Shown piece after piece: positions 39,932 to 49,964 of a stretch of 64,000 bases of DNA. Position numbers and translations under genes: made by a program. Position 1 is the first letter of the stretch, and each line of letters starts with the position of its first letter. The stretch lies in contig CAWBIB010000005.1 in assembly GCA_963788785.1 (NCBI GenBank), forward strand, positions 111,893 to 175,892. Reading direction: 5' to 3'. This stretch comes from an uncultured Acidobacteriota bacterium. GTDB taxonomy: Bacteria > Acidobacteriota > Terriglobia > Acidiferrales > UBA7541. Below the pieces are notes generated by a model. The model did not search any database and was not told the DNA's origin. It saw only the letters and a program-made list of their open reading frames with translations.

Positions 39932-40654
39932 ATGAAGAATTTTTATGCGTTGGGAGCGGCACTCTTGATGGTGGCACTTCCGCTAACCACTTCCGCGCGG
40001 GACGATGAAAAAGAAGCGGATCGTATTCAGAACTCCGGAACGGTAGTGAAAGAGATTATGGATATTCCGGACGACATTCCGCAGGATTTGATCGACAAAG
40101 CGGAATGCATCGTGGTGTACCCCTCGGTGATGAAGGCCGCATTTATCGTTGGCGGCAGCTACGGCCGCGGCGTGATGACTTGCCGTACTGGCGAGCACTT
40201 CACCGGCCCTTGGAGCGCTCCTACGATGATGGCTCTGGAAGGCGGCAGTGTGGGCTTCCAAATCGGCGGCGAAGCTACTGATTTCGTGCTGTTGGTAATG
40301 AACCCGCGCGGCGCGCACTCCTTGCTGCAAAGCAAAGTGAAGCTCGGTGGCGATGCCTCCGTGGCTGCTGGTCCCAAGGGCCGCAGCGCTTCCGCGGAAT
40401 CGGACGTTACCATGCGCGCGGAAGTGCTCAGCTATTCGCGGGCGCGCGGAGTTTTCGCCGGCGTGTCGCTGGAAGGTTCTTCGGTTCGCCCCGATGACGA
40501 TGCCAATGCGCGCGTTTACGGACAAAAGGTCAGCGCACAAGATATCGTCTTCAAGGGAGCCGTCTCCGTGCCCGCACCGGCGCAACCGATGATCAGCTAC
40601 CTCGATCACCGCAGCCCCAAGAACCTCTCTGATCCGGCCTCGTTACACGAGTAG
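39932..40654 (+). CDS. Lipid-binding SYLF/Ysc84 domain protein
   Basis: GGSYGRG, GGSVGFQIGG, SYSRARGVFAGVSLEG. Confidence 0.9.
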   Translation: MKNFYALGAALLMVALPLTTSARDDEKEADRIQNSGTVVKEIMDIPDDIPQDLIDKAECIVVYPSVMKAAFIVGGSYGRGVMTCRTGEHFTGPWSAPTMMALEGGSVGFQIGGEATDFVLLVMNPRGAHSLLQSKVKLGGDASVAAGPKGRSASAESDVTMRAEVLSYSRARGVFAGVSLEGSSVRPDDDANARVYGQKVSAQDIVFKGAVSVPAPAQPMISYLDHRSPKNLSDPASLHE

Positions 40655-40677
40655 CTCTAAATTCGTGATAAGTCTCG

Positions 40678-40717
40678 AAAAGACACCCCGAGGGATTCCC
40701 TTGGGGTGTTTTGTTTT
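40678..40717 (+). terminator. Intrinsic terminator
   Basis: ACACCCCGAGGG-ATT-CCCTTGGGGTGT followed by a T-rich tail. Confidence 0.75.
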
Positions 40718-40763
40718 GTGGGGATGAATCAGTTGGAACTCGGATCTTGCGCCGGTAGCAAAT

Positions 40764-40795
40764 ATGACCTATAGTCATTAATGAGCATAGGTCAT
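40764..40795. promoter_or_regulatory. TetR operator (32-bp near-perfect palindrome)
   Basis: ATGACCTATAGTCATTAATGAGCATAGGTCAT; 28 of 32 positions self-complementary; immediately upstream of tetR. Confidence 0.75.
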
Positions 40796-40800
40796 CTGAC

Positions 40801-41505
40801 TTGCCCATCTCAGCCAACTCGACCTCCAAGGGCACTAACGACCTTCAGCCGCTTCCAGAGCTGCATGAGGGACGGCGCGCGCGGCGCAGTGCGGAGACGC
40901 GTGAGTCCCTGTTTCGGGCAGCGCTGGATCTCTTTGCGGCCAAAGGCTTCGCGGAAACCACTGTGGAGGACATCACGGAAGCCGCGGACGTGGGAAAGGG
41001 CACTTTCTTCAATTACTTCCCAAGCAAAGATCATTTGCTGCTGGCATTCAGCGAAATGCAAATCGCCAAGCTGCAAACGGCCGTCGACGCGGTGGGGCAT
41101 TCCAGCGAACCGATGGTGGCGTATTTGCGGGCATTCGGGGTGAACATGACTTCCGAGCCGGCGCGCAACCCTTCAATCGTTCGGGCACTCCTGCAGGCCA
41201 ATCTATCCTCAACTGCGGTGCGGGAGATCATGCGCGAGAATCACGCGCGAAGCCATGTACTGCTGACCAAATTAATACAGACCGGTCAGGACCGGAGGGA
41301 AATTCGCACGGACTTGCCGGCTGCGGATATTGCGCAGGTTTTTCGGCAGACGGTCTTCGGAACGTTGCTGCTGTGGTCGGTGTACGGCGACAGCTCGCTG
41401 CCGGAGCGCATTCATAAGGCATTTGATCTGCTGTGGGACGGTATCGCCCCGCGCCAGCGCGGGGATACACAGGACGCAGCATCAGAGTTCAACGGAGGAG
41501 TTTGA
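40801..41505 (+). CDS. TetR/AcrR family regulator
   Basis: AALDLFAAKGFAETTVEDITEAADVGKGTFFNYFPSKD. Confidence 0.93.
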   Translation: MPISANSTSKGTNDLQPLPELHEGRRARRSAETRESLFRAALDLFAAKGFAETTVEDITEAADVGKGTFFNYFPSKDHLLLAFSEMQIAKLQTAVDAVGHSSEPMVAYLRAFGVNMTSEPARNPSIVRALLQANLSSTAVREIMRENHARSHVLLTKLIQTGQDRREIRTDLPAADIAQVFRQTVFGTLLLWSVYGDSSLPERIHKAFDLLWDGIAPRQRGDTQDAASEFNGGV

Positions 41506-41509
41506 AAGC

Positions 41510-42607
41510 GTGAAACGGAATCGAATCATTTTAATATTGGCGGTGATTGCGATCGTGATTGCCGCGATTGTTTCGTACGACCGCTTGCACAAAGACGATT
41601 CTTTGCAAGGCTCGGGAACCATCGAAGCGCGAAATATTCGCGTGGGCTCCAAGGTGGGCGGGCGGATCGATCAGGTGCTGGTGCGTGAGGGCGACCGCGT
41701 GCATGCCGGCCAAGTGCTAGTAACCTTTGACGATAAGGAAATGGCCGCGGAGCTGGAACAATCGAAAGCCACAGCCGACAAAATGGCGCATGGATATCGC
41801 CCCGAAGAAATTTCTGAAGCGCGGGCGGCTGTGGCGTCGGCGAAAGCTGAATACGAACAACGCAAGAATGGTTACCGGCAGCAGGATATTGACGCGGCGC
41901 AGGCCGACTTGGATCGCGCCAAGGCGGAGGAGGTTCGCGCGCACGCGGATTTCAATCGTTATCAATCGTTGTCGGAGAAGGATTTAGTTTCCAAGCAGCA
42001 GCGGGACACTGCGGAAGCCACCTGGCGGGTAGCGCTGGCGGTAGAGCAAAACGCGCAACACAAGCTTGATGAATTGAAGAGCGGCTACCGCACCGAAGAA
42101 ATTGACTCGGCAAAAGCAAAATATGAACAAGCGCAAGCAACGCTAGACAAGTTGGAGCACGGCAACCGGCGCGAAGACGTGGATCTGGCCAAGGCGGCGT
42201 ATTCCTACGACCAAGCGCGCTTTCGTGAGCGGGAAGTTGTGGCGCCGACGGAGGCCACTGTGGAAGTCCTCGATGTGCGTCCCGGCGATTTGATCGCGCC
42301 GAATACTCCGGTGGCTACGCTGCTGGAGAACGATCAGATCTACGTGCGCATCTACATCCCCGAGACGCAAATCTGGCGCGTGAAAGTGGGCCAGAAAGCG
42401 GAAGTGCGGCTGGACACGGAGCAAAAAGATCCGATTGAAGGCGTAGTCGAGCAGATTAATCAGCAGGCGGAGTTTCTACCGCGCAATGTACAGACCCGAG
42501 ATGAACGCGTGCACCAAGTGATTGGCATCAAGGTTCGCATAAACGACACTTCCGGCCACGTGCTGGCGGGCATGGCGGCGGACGTCAAATTGAAGTCCGG
42601 CAGCTGA
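41510..42607 (+). CDS. HlyD-family periplasmic adaptor (YbhG-like)
   Basis: GTG at 41510; N-terminal TM; [14 protein letters not shown] lipoyl motif; coiled coil; EFLPRNVQT. Confidence 0.9.
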   Translation: MKRNRIILILAVIAIVIAAIVSYDRLHKDDSLQGSGTIEARNIRVGSKVGGRIDQVLVREGDRVHAGQVLVTFDDKEMAAELEQSKATADKMAHGYRPEEISEARAAVASAKAEYEQRKNGYRQQDIDAAQADLDRAKAEEVRAHADFNRYQSLSEKDLVSKQQRDTAEATWRVALAVEQNAQHKLDELKSGYRTEEIDSAKAKYEQAQATLDKLEHGNRREDVDLAKAAYSYDQARFREREVVAPTEATVEVLDVRPGDLIAPNTPVATLLENDQIYVRIYIPETQIWRVKVGQKAEVRLDTEQKDPIEGVVEQINQQAEFLPRNVQTRDERVHQVIGIKVRINDTSGHVLAGMAADVKLKSGS

Positions 42608-42614
42608 GCCGCGA

Positions 42615-43598
42615 ATGCCCGAATCCAAAAACAACTCCGCAGACGCTGCTATTTCCGCCGAGCATCTGGTGCGGCGGTTTGGCGCATTCACGGCCGTGAA
42701 TGACATCAGCTTTCGGGTGGAAAAAGGCGAGATCTTCGGATTTCTGGGACCCAACGGAAGCGGGAAAACTACCATTATCAAAATGCTAACGGGATTGCTG
42801 CCGCTGAGCGACGGCGATGCATGGGTAGAAGGCCTGAATGTTCGCGCGGACGCGGAAGGGGTACGCGAGCGGATCGGCTACATGTCCCAGAAATTTAGTT
42901 TGTATGACGATCTGACGGTTCTGGAGAATTTGAGTTTTTATGGCCGGATATACGGACTTTCTGCCGAGCGCATGAAGCGGCGCACTGATGACATTGTGCA
43001 ACTCAACGGACTGGCGCCCTATTTGAATCGCCTGGCCGCGCAGCTTTCGGGAGGATGGAAGCAGAGGCTGGCTCTAGGTTGCGCGATGCTGCACGAACCA
43101 AAACTACTTTTCCTTGACGAGCCCACTGCGGGAATCGATCCGGTAGCGCGTCGGCAACTCTGGGACTTGCTGTTTGAGCTTTCCGGGCAAGGCATCACAT
43201 TTTTTGTGACCACGCATTACATGGACGAAGCGGAGCGCTGCAGTCACGTAGCCTACATTTATTACGGCAAGCTAATCGCGGATGGCACGCCGGCGGAACT
43301 CAAAGAGCTTCCGGATGTCCAGCCCGCGGGCACGGACCGCATCGAAATTACCACTCCTCAAGTGACGCGCGCGTTGCGCCTGGCGCGGCACATTCCGGGA
43401 ATTCGCAGCGCCACCATTTTTGGAGAATCGATTCACGCGCTGGTGGAGCATCGCTTCAGCCTCGATGATCTGCGCGGACAGTTGCAGGCCGACGGCATCA
43501 CCGTTACGGACATTCGGCCGCTGACCGCCAGCCTGGAAGACGTTTTCGTAGAACTGACTTACAAACATCAGGCGTTACTGGAAGGTGACCGTGGCTAA
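42615..43598 (+). CDS. ABC exporter ATP-binding protein
   Basis: [27 protein letters not shown]. Confidence 0.93.
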   Translation: MPESKNNSADAAISAEHLVRRFGAFTAVNDISFRVEKGEIFGFLGPNGSGKTTIIKMLTGLLPLSDGDAWVEGLNVRADAEGVRERIGYMSQKFSLYDDLTVLENLSFYGRIYGLSAERMKRRTDDIVQLNGLAPYLNRLAAQLSGGWKQRLALGCAMLHEPKLLFLDEPTAGIDPVARRQLWDLLFELSGQGITFFVTTHYMDEAERCSHVAYIYYGKLIADGTPAELKELPDVQPAGTDRIEITTPQVTRALRLARHIPGIRSATIFGESIHALVEHRFSLDDLRGQLQADGITVTDIRPLTASLEDVFVELTYKHQALLEGDRG

Positions 43599-44715
43599 TC
43601 CCTTTCGCGGGTTTCGCGCGGTGTTTTACAAGGAAGTGCTGCACGTGCGGCGCGATCCCGGGACGCTGTTTTTTTCTCTGGTGATTCCGCTGTTACAAAT
43701 GTTCGTGCTGGGATTCGGCATCGATACCAACGTGCGGCAGGTACACACGGTGGTGTACAACGCGGATGGCCGCCAGGAAAGTCGCGAGCTGCTGGACCGT
43801 CTAAAAAATTCCGACACGTTTCACGTGATTCGCTACGTGGACAACGACAAGGATCTGAACGATACGATCATTAGCGGAAGAGCTCGCGTGGGGATCAAGA
43901 TTCCCGTGGATTATTCGGACCGGCTGATTCACAAAATGTCCGCGCAAGTTTTGGTGTTGATAGACGGTTCGGATTCTTCAGTGGCCGGACAAGCGATCAA
44001 CGTGACCACTGCGATCGGCCTCGATGAATCTTTGCGCCGTGCAGTTACCGACCGCAGCGCGGCGCTGGCCGTGGATATGCGGCCCAAGCTGCTTTTCAAT
44101 CCGGATTCGCGCTCGCCCAATTTCTTTTTGCCGGGACTTACGGCGATTTTGTTGCTGAACGTGACGACGTTCCTGACCGCCTTCGCCATCGTCCGCGAAA
44201 AAGAGCGCGGCACCCTGGAACAATTATTCGTAACCCCGGTGCGCCCCTTCGGCTTGTTGCTGGGAAAGTTACTTCCTTATTTTGGTATCGGATTCTTTGA
44301 GCTGTGCAACATTTTATTTTTTATGCGCTTCGTTTTCCGGGTGCCGATGCATGGCAACGTGTTTCTGCTGGCGTTTTTGTCGCTGCCCTATATTTTCGTA
44401 TCGTTGTCTCTGGGCATGCTGATTTCCAGCAAGGCGAATACACAGGGGCAGGCGATGCAACTGGCCTTCCTGACCATTCTGCCGAGCATTTTCTTTTCGG
44501 GGTATATCTTCCCGCGCGAGACGATGCCGTTGGGGTTCTACCTGATTAGCTATCTGGTACCGGCCAGCTATTTCATCAACATTACCCGAGGCATCATCTT
44601 GCGGGGCGCCGGCCTGCAACATCTGTGGATCGACGGGCTGGCGCTGTTCACCATGGGCACAATTCTTTTGATCATCGCCGCGCGGCGCTTCTCCAACAAA
44701 ATCATCATGACGTGA
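43585..44715 (+). CDS. ABC-2 type permease (YbhR/S-like)
   Basis: [34 protein letters not shown]. Confidence 0.92.
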   Translation: MTVANPFRGFRAVFYKEVLHVRRDPGTLFFSLVIPLLQMFVLGFGIDTNVRQVHTVVYNADGRQESRELLDRLKNSDTFHVIRYVDNDKDLNDTIISGRARVGIKIPVDYSDRLIHKMSAQVLVLIDGSDSSVAGQAINVTTAIGLDESLRRAVTDRSAALAVDMRPKLLFNPDSRSPNFFLPGLTAILLLNVTTFLTAFAIVREKERGTLEQLFVTPVRPFGLLLGKLLPYFGIGFFELCNILFFMRFVFRVPMHGNVFLLAFLSLPYIFVSLSLGMLISSKANTQGQAMQLAFLTILPSIFFSGYIFPRETMPLGFYLISYLVPASYFINITRGIILRGAGLQHLWIDGLALFTMGTILLIIAARRFSNKIIMT

Positions 44716-44716
44716 G

Positions 44717-46036
44717 CTAGCCGTTCGCAGCTGCACCAGCGAATTGCAAGGGGCTCGCTTCGCCCGCACTCCACGCCAGGGACATCTGCGCTTTGGCTAC
44801 CGGCGCCATCATTTCCCCGTAGGGCCGGTCTGGATACCCGAATTTTTTACGGATAGCCGCGAGTCTCCGCCGAACACCATTGCGGTATTGCTCCGGAACC
44901 TGGCCGTGGCGCACGAACCATTCTTCATACTGCTTCGCGAGACGCGGAAATTTCTCGCGAAGCGCTGGCATGAACTGCTTCGCAGAGGTCGGCTGCAGAA
45001 ACAAAATCCCCGACGAGAACCATGCGGCTCCCGCATTCTTGGCGGACTCGGCCAGCGACTCCAGCTCGCCTTCCCCATCGGTAATTCCTGGCAACAGCGG
45101 CGAGGCCAGTACCCCGGCCGGAATCCCCGCATCGCGCAATTGCCGCACGGCTGCGATGCGCAAGTCCGGACGCGGTGCGCGGGGTTCGAGCCAGCGCGCC
45201 AGCCGCGGTCGCAAGGTGGTGATGGTCATATTTACGTATAGCGCCGAACTCGCCGCAATTTTCTGCAGAAGATCGATATCGCGCACCACTTGATTGGATT
45301 TGGTGGTGATAGAAACGCTGAGCCCTTCCCTTTTCACCAGTTCCTCCAAACAAGAGCGCGTCACGCCATACTCGCGTTCCGCCGGCTGGTAAGGATCCGT
45401 GGCCGTGCCGATGGCGATGTGCTCCGGGTGATCCAGATTGGGACGCTCGCCGGATCTGCAATATTTTTCGGTAACGTCGCGGGCCAGCAGCGCGGCGGCA
45501 TCTTGCTTCACGAAGATCTTCTTTTCAAAATCGAGGCCATCCAGGTCCATGAATTCGTGGGTGTAGCGCGCGTAACAGTAGCGGCAGGCAAATTCGCATC
45601 CGCGATAGGGGTTTACGGTCCACTCAAACGGCACGCGCTTCGAATTGCAGCGATTCAAGATGGAACGCACCGGCAACAGGAAGTATTCCGGGCGTTCCTC
45701 AGACTTCCGCCGGGTTTCCACAGCCGGAGAAATAGAAGCGAGGCGGGCAATGCCAACCAGTGGCGCAGCAGCGGCTCGGGGCTTGGGCAGGCCGCTGAAA
45801 CCAGGGCCGACCGCCACTCCGGCATCGCCAGCCTGCGGCAGGGGGCAACCTACCGCGGCACGATGCGGACCGCTGCTGGGGTTCGCGAGCGGGGCATGCT
45901 CGCCAACCATTGGGTTTGGGCTTGCTTCAGGGTCAATGGGAAAGAGGGTTGCTGCGGGTTGTGGAACGAGTCTTAGAACGGGGCGCCGCCGGATACCAAA
46001 GCCCGGCGACGGAATGGAGTGCACTGGAAAAAGCAT
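44717..46036 (-). CDS. Radical SAM protein, SplB-like/Rv2578c DNA-repair-associated family
   Basis: NPYRGCEFACRYCYAR (CxxxCxxC), IGTATDPYQPAE; start set at 46036 (GAGGTG RBS) because the upstream ORF part overlaps the promoter. Confidence 0.88.
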   Translation of the reverse strand: MLFPVHSIPSPGFGIRRRPVLRLVPQPAATLFPIDPEASPNPMVGEHAPLANPSSGPHRAAVGCPLPQAGDAGVAVGPGFSGLPKPRAAAAPLVGIARLASISPAVETRRKSEERPEYFLLPVRSILNRCNSKRVPFEWTVNPYRGCEFACRYCYARYTHEFMDLDGLDFEKKIFVKQDAAALLARDVTEKYCRSGERPNLDHPEHIAIGTATDPYQPAEREYGVTRSCLEELVKREGLSVSITTKSNQVVRDIDLLQKIAASSALYVNMTITTLRPRLARWLEPRAPRPDLRIAAVRQLRDAGIPAGVLASPLLPGITDGEGELESLAESAKNAGAAWFSSGILFLQPTSAKQFMPALREKFPRLAKQYEEWFVRHGQVPEQYRNGVRRRLAAIRKKFGYPDRPYGEMMAPVAKAQMSLAWSAGEASPLQFAGAAANG

Positions 46037-46057
46037 AGCCCACCTCGAGACGGGGAG

Positions 46058-46105
46058 AGTATTTCGCTTTTTGTTCGCCATGTCAAGTAGTTTCGTATTT
46101 TATTC
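46058..46105 (-). promoter_or_regulatory. sigma70 promoter with two candidate LexA (SOS) boxes
   Basis: TTGACA(46086-81)-17 nt-AATACT(46063-58); TTTC-N7-GTTC at 46062-76 and TTTC-N7-ATTC at 46091-105. Confidence 0.7.
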
Positions 46106-46177
46106 GCCCTGCACGCAGAAATGGGTGCGGAACATTCGGCTGGAAACTTCCCTTCTTCTCTTCAGAGGAAAACAACT

Positions 46178-46753
46178 TTGAGGTTCCGTCAAATCGCGGT
46201 ACTGACCCTTACCACCATCTCGTTCTGCCTTTGCAGCCCGCGCTTGGTCAGCGCGCAGTCACCCGCCACTGTATCCAACGAGGTCATTTATAAGGCGCTG
46301 ACCGGCCACTGGACGGGTTACCTCGAATACCGGGACTACAGCAACGACAAGCGCATGAAGCTGCCCACGGGTCTTCATGCAGCTCCCACGGGCGACGCGC
46401 AGGCTATTGAACTGAGATACGTTTACGAGGACGGACCCGGAAAAATCGTTAGAGAGACGGAAACGATTCACATCGATCTGGATACTCACCAATACACCGT
46501 GCAAGATAACGACGGCAAAAAAACCGTATATCAAATCGCGCAGCTTGAAGGATTTGGAAGCGTCGCCGAAGGATCCCTGCTACTCAGCGGTCCGGGGATC
46601 GAGAATGATAAACCGGTGGAAGTGCGAACCACGATTCATTGCACGGAAAGCTCACTGACCATCCTGCGCGAAACACGGCTTCCGGGCGGAGAGTTCAAAT
46701 TCCGCCATCAGTACACGTTCACGAGAGCCGCCCCGACGACTACGCCGCAGTAG
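46178..46753 (+). CDS. Exported beta-barrel-like hypothetical protein
   Basis: TTG start with GAGGA RBS; signal peptide ending VSA-Q; GHWTG followed by alternating beta-strand pattern. Confidence 0.65.
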   Translation: MRFRQIAVLTLTTISFCLCSPRLVSAQSPATVSNEVIYKALTGHWTGYLEYRDYSNDKRMKLPTGLHAAPTGDAQAIELRYVYEDGPGKIVRETETIHIDLDTHQYTVQDNDGKKTVYQIAQLEGFGSVAEGSLLLSGPGIENDKPVEVRTTIHCTESSLTILRETRLPGGEFKFRHQYTFTRAAPTTTPQ

Positions 46754-46817
46754 CGCAAAATCGGGCATTTGCCTCCTTCCGCGCGGCGAGCTATTCTCGA
46801 AAGTCGAGGGGCCACCG

Positions 46818-48185
46818 TTGCGCATCGCAAGATTAAGGAAGCATTTTGTGTTTGCCGTCGCGCTGACTGGTACGAGCGTAGCGATATTCGGGCAAACCCC
46901 GCCCCCGGCCAAGAAGCCTGCGGCCAGCACTCCATCGTCGCCTGCCATTCCCAACGCGCCGCAATCGACGCACTACCCCATCTTGCTGCTAGCTTCGGGC
47001 GAATCTCCATCATGGAGCGTGCGCATCGGCCCGAAGGGTCCCGAACTTTTGCAACGTGCGGGCTACCCGGCGATCGTCTTGGATCCCGCAGAAATTTCGC
47101 GCCAAGGAACGTCCGACACTTGGGTGTACCGCGCGAAAGACACGGCCGCGAATGCTGAGCTTTCCGTGCAGTTGACGCGCGAGCCCTGCACCGATCCCGG
47201 TTCGACGACCAAGTACACTTTTCGCGCGGTGGTTTCGCACTCGCTGATTGGAAAACTAGAAGGCTGCGCGCGCATTGCCGCCGAACTTTTCCCCAGAGTG
47301 CCGGGTCAAACCGCGCAGGCCGACGACGACAACGACGACGCGGACAAAAAGAAGTCACCCGTAATTCCGCCGATTACCAATGCCAAGCTGCCGGTGGCGG
47401 TCGCTTATCTAAATCCCGCGGGAAAAATCGTCGTGAGCCGCGGCGCGGTGAAGAAAATCGTCCCGGCGATCGGTTCGCAATTCGCTTTATCTCACGACGG
47501 CAAGAAATTGCTTTATTTCCGTGAGGATGCAAAGGGGACGCCAACCGGAACGATCGTGCTTTATGAATTTGAGAGCGCACGCTCGCGGGATTTGATGCAC
47601 GGAACGGTAAGCCAGCCGTTTTGGTCGCTGGACGATTCGCGAATCGCCTACGTAAATGGCGCACAAGTTTGGACGATGAGTCCTGATGCTCCGGATAAAG
47701 CAGCTTCGTTCTCCACTCAAAACGTCGTCTCACTACAGGGCTGGGCGGACCCACACACCGTGCTGGCGTCCGATGCCCAGAACGCCTACTGGCTCAGCGA
47801 AGATAAGCCGGCACAAACCGTGGCGCTGCGGGAAATTTATGGCGACGCGTTCTCCGCCAAACCGACAGATACGTTGCGTCTGAATCCAACCAACAACGAC
47901 CTCTTGCTGGTTTCCGCAGCTTACGCGTCTCCACCGCCGGGTGCGCCGGCGGATGCCAGTGGTTTCGCTTACGGAACGTTCCTTTACGAAATGCGTTCCA
48001 AGCGCCGCTCTACGCTCAGTCCGCCGGATCAACACGCGCGCAACGGTGAGTGGTCTCGCGATGGGTTGCAGATTTTCTACACACGGCGAATTTCAGCGGC
48101 CGCCTCAGCGATCTTCCGGATTTTTTGGGATGGCAGCGGAATGCGAAAGTATTTGGACGGTTCGAGTTTAGTAGTGGGCCAGTAG
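46818..48185 (+). CDS. Exported protein: COG3650-like domain plus TolB/PD40-like beta-propeller
   Basis: GESPSWSVRI...LTREPC.D...Y.F.A...LEGCA; repeats LSHDGKKLLY, WSLDDSRIAY, WSRDGLQIFY. Confidence 0.65.
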   Translation: MRIARLRKHFVFAVALTGTSVAIFGQTPPPAKKPAASTPSSPAIPNAPQSTHYPILLLASGESPSWSVRIGPKGPELLQRAGYPAIVLDPAEISRQGTSDTWVYRAKDTAANAELSVQLTREPCTDPGSTTKYTFRAVVSHSLIGKLEGCARIAAELFPRVPGQTAQADDDNDDADKKKSPVIPPITNAKLPVAVAYLNPAGKIVVSRGAVKKIVPAIGSQFALSHDGKKLLYFREDAKGTPTGTIVLYEFESARSRDLMHGTVSQPFWSLDDSRIAYVNGAQVWTMSPDAPDKAASFSTQNVVSLQGWADPHTVLASDAQNAYWLSEDKPAQTVALREIYGDAFSAKPTDTLRLNPTNNDLLLVSAAYASPPPGAPADASGFAYGTFLYEMRSKRRSTLSPPDQHARNGEWSRDGLQIFYTRRISAAASAIFRIFWDGSGMRKYLDGSSLVVGQ

Positions 48186-48207
48186 CGTCTTCATCGGGGG
48201 AATTAGT

Positions 48208-49089
48208 ATGTTTCGCATCCTGGGTCAGATATATCTTTCCGAGAAATCAGTCTTGGCATCGCGGCTTATCGTGGCTAGCTCTCTGTTCTGTTTGGCGCTG
48301 CCACTGCACGCGCAAGAAGGACCGCAGACACCGCCTGCACAAGCTCCGGCAACGACTCCTGCAAGCTCAACGCAAAACCCGGTCACCAATCCTCAGCCTG
48401 TGCCCTCGCCCGATGCCGCCGCGAAGGCTACTGTACGGCGTTTCATCTACAGTTGCGAGGGCGGGGTGAAGTTGATCGTGGGCTACGGCAAATCAGCCGC
48501 GCGGGTTACGTACAACGGTCACGTTTACCTCATGAAGCAGGTGATGTCTGCTGACGGTGGTCGGTATTCAGACGGCAAGCTGGTTTGGTGGAGCAAAGGA
48601 AATGGCGGGTTTCTGGCTGAGGCTGACGACGGCAACAGCCCTACGGGCGGCAAGCAGCTGGCAAAGAATTGTAACGGCGTACCTGCGCCGGCCGGCGATG
48701 CCGCCTCTGGCGGTTCGACTACAAGCGCGGCCGACTCCTCCGGAGTGGTTACCGGCACGGTCAGCTATCCGCTTCGTATCGCCATGCCGCCAACCGCTTT
48801 AGCGGTGATCCAGCTGCAAGATATTTCCCGCGCCGATGCCAGCGCCACGATGATCGCCGAACAAAAAATCACTTTCGGCGATCGCCAAGTTCCCCTGCCC
48901 TTCGAGTTGAAATTTGATCCCGGCAAGATCGATCCGAAACACAGCTACGCGGTTCGTGCCACGATCGTGGTTGATGGCGCGGCCCGCTTCCGCACGGATA
49001 CGGGCTACCCGGTCATCACCCACGGTCATCCGTCAAAAGTCGATCTGGTACTAAAGCAAGCTGTTGATAATCCTCCGACTCAACCGTAA
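48208..49089 (+). CDS. MliC-like lysozyme inhibitor domain fused to a YbaY-like domain
   Basis: YSCEGG...VMSADGGRYSDGKLVWWSKGN (MliC-like); VTGTVSY..RIAMPP.A...QLQDISRADA...QVPLPFEL.FD...I (YbaY-like). Confidence 0.8.
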   Translation: MFRILGQIYLSEKSVLASRLIVASSLFCLALPLHAQEGPQTPPAQAPATTPASSTQNPVTNPQPVPSPDAAAKATVRRFIYSCEGGVKLIVGYGKSAARVTYNGHVYLMKQVMSADGGRYSDGKLVWWSKGNGGFLAEADDGNSPTGGKQLAKNCNGVPAPAGDAASGGSTTSAADSSGVVTGTVSYPLRIAMPPTALAVIQLQDISRADASATMIAEQKITFGDRQVPLPFELKFDPGKIDPKHSYAVRATIVVDGAARFRTDTGYPVITHGHPSKVDLVLKQAVDNPPTQP

Positions 49090-49184
49090 GTCCAACCTTT
49101 CTACCGCCATCTAAGGGTAGCCATTTCGTCGCACCTGTACCTTGGGACGGGGCTTCACGCAATCCCGGGCGCTATACTCGCGCA

Positions 49185-49808
49185 ATGGGAACGTCTGTCC
49201 CGGTCCAGCCGCAACAAGTCGGCATCCTCGTCCTCGATGCCGATGCCTCCAGCGCCGCAGCGCTTCGCGTAATTTTGGATTCAGAAGGCTGGCGCGTGCG
49301 CATCGTGCCCGATGCGCAGTTGATGCTCAGCGAACTGAAAACCGGCGAATGGTCTATGGTAATCGCCAGCGCCGCGTTGACTCCGCCAAACAGCGCGGCT
49401 TTCGTTACTCTTCGCGAACTATCCGGCGTTTCCGCGGATGAAGGCGGCCGTATGCGGGTGCTTTTTCTGATCCCGGAAATGACCGGCAGCCAGTACGTTG
49501 GTCCGCTCGAAGCGGCGCGCCTGCCTTACGTGGTACGCCCGTACCACTTGCACGATTTTCTCGAAAAAATCAGCGACCTGCTGGTGGAAGTGCGCGCGAT
49601 TGCCGCGCCTATCCGCCAGGTGCGCTACGAATTTGGCGACCTGCGCAAAAAGAAAAAAGCCGAAGGCCGCTCGAACTCCATGTTTGCTTCCCGCGACTCT
49701 TTTTCGTATACCGACGAAGAGCTAGCCGAGTACGAAAAGTCCGAAGGCGAAGCCTCCAAAAACCGCCGCCCCAAGCGCCTGGACAATCTGGGCAGCTCCG
49801 GCCGTTAG
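49185..49808 (+). CDS. Atypical receiver (pseudo-response-regulator) domain protein
   Basis: REC-like pattern ILVLDAD...RVILDSEGWRV; expected phospho-Asp strand reads SMVIAS and the KP motif reads RP; charged C-terminal tail. Confidence 0.6.
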   Translation: MGTSVPVQPQQVGILVLDADASSAAALRVILDSEGWRVRIVPDAQLMLSELKTGEWSMVIASAALTPPNSAAFVTLRELSGVSADEGGRMRVLFLIPEMTGSQYVGPLEAARLPYVVRPYHLHDFLEKISDLLVEVRAIAAPIRQVRYEFGDLRKKKKAEGRSNSMFASRDSFSYTDEELAEYEKSEGEASKNRRPKRLDNLGSSGR

Positions 49809-49964
49809 ATAAGTACCAGTTTCCCTCACCTCGCTTTCACGCGAGACCCGCCGTTTCATTCCCTCGTTACATCATTACTTCTTTCCTTCATTTTTCCCTG
49901 CAAGAATTCCCGTCCGCCGCGTTCTACCTCCGAAGGTCAGTTCCACTCTGCCAAGGAGGTTTTT

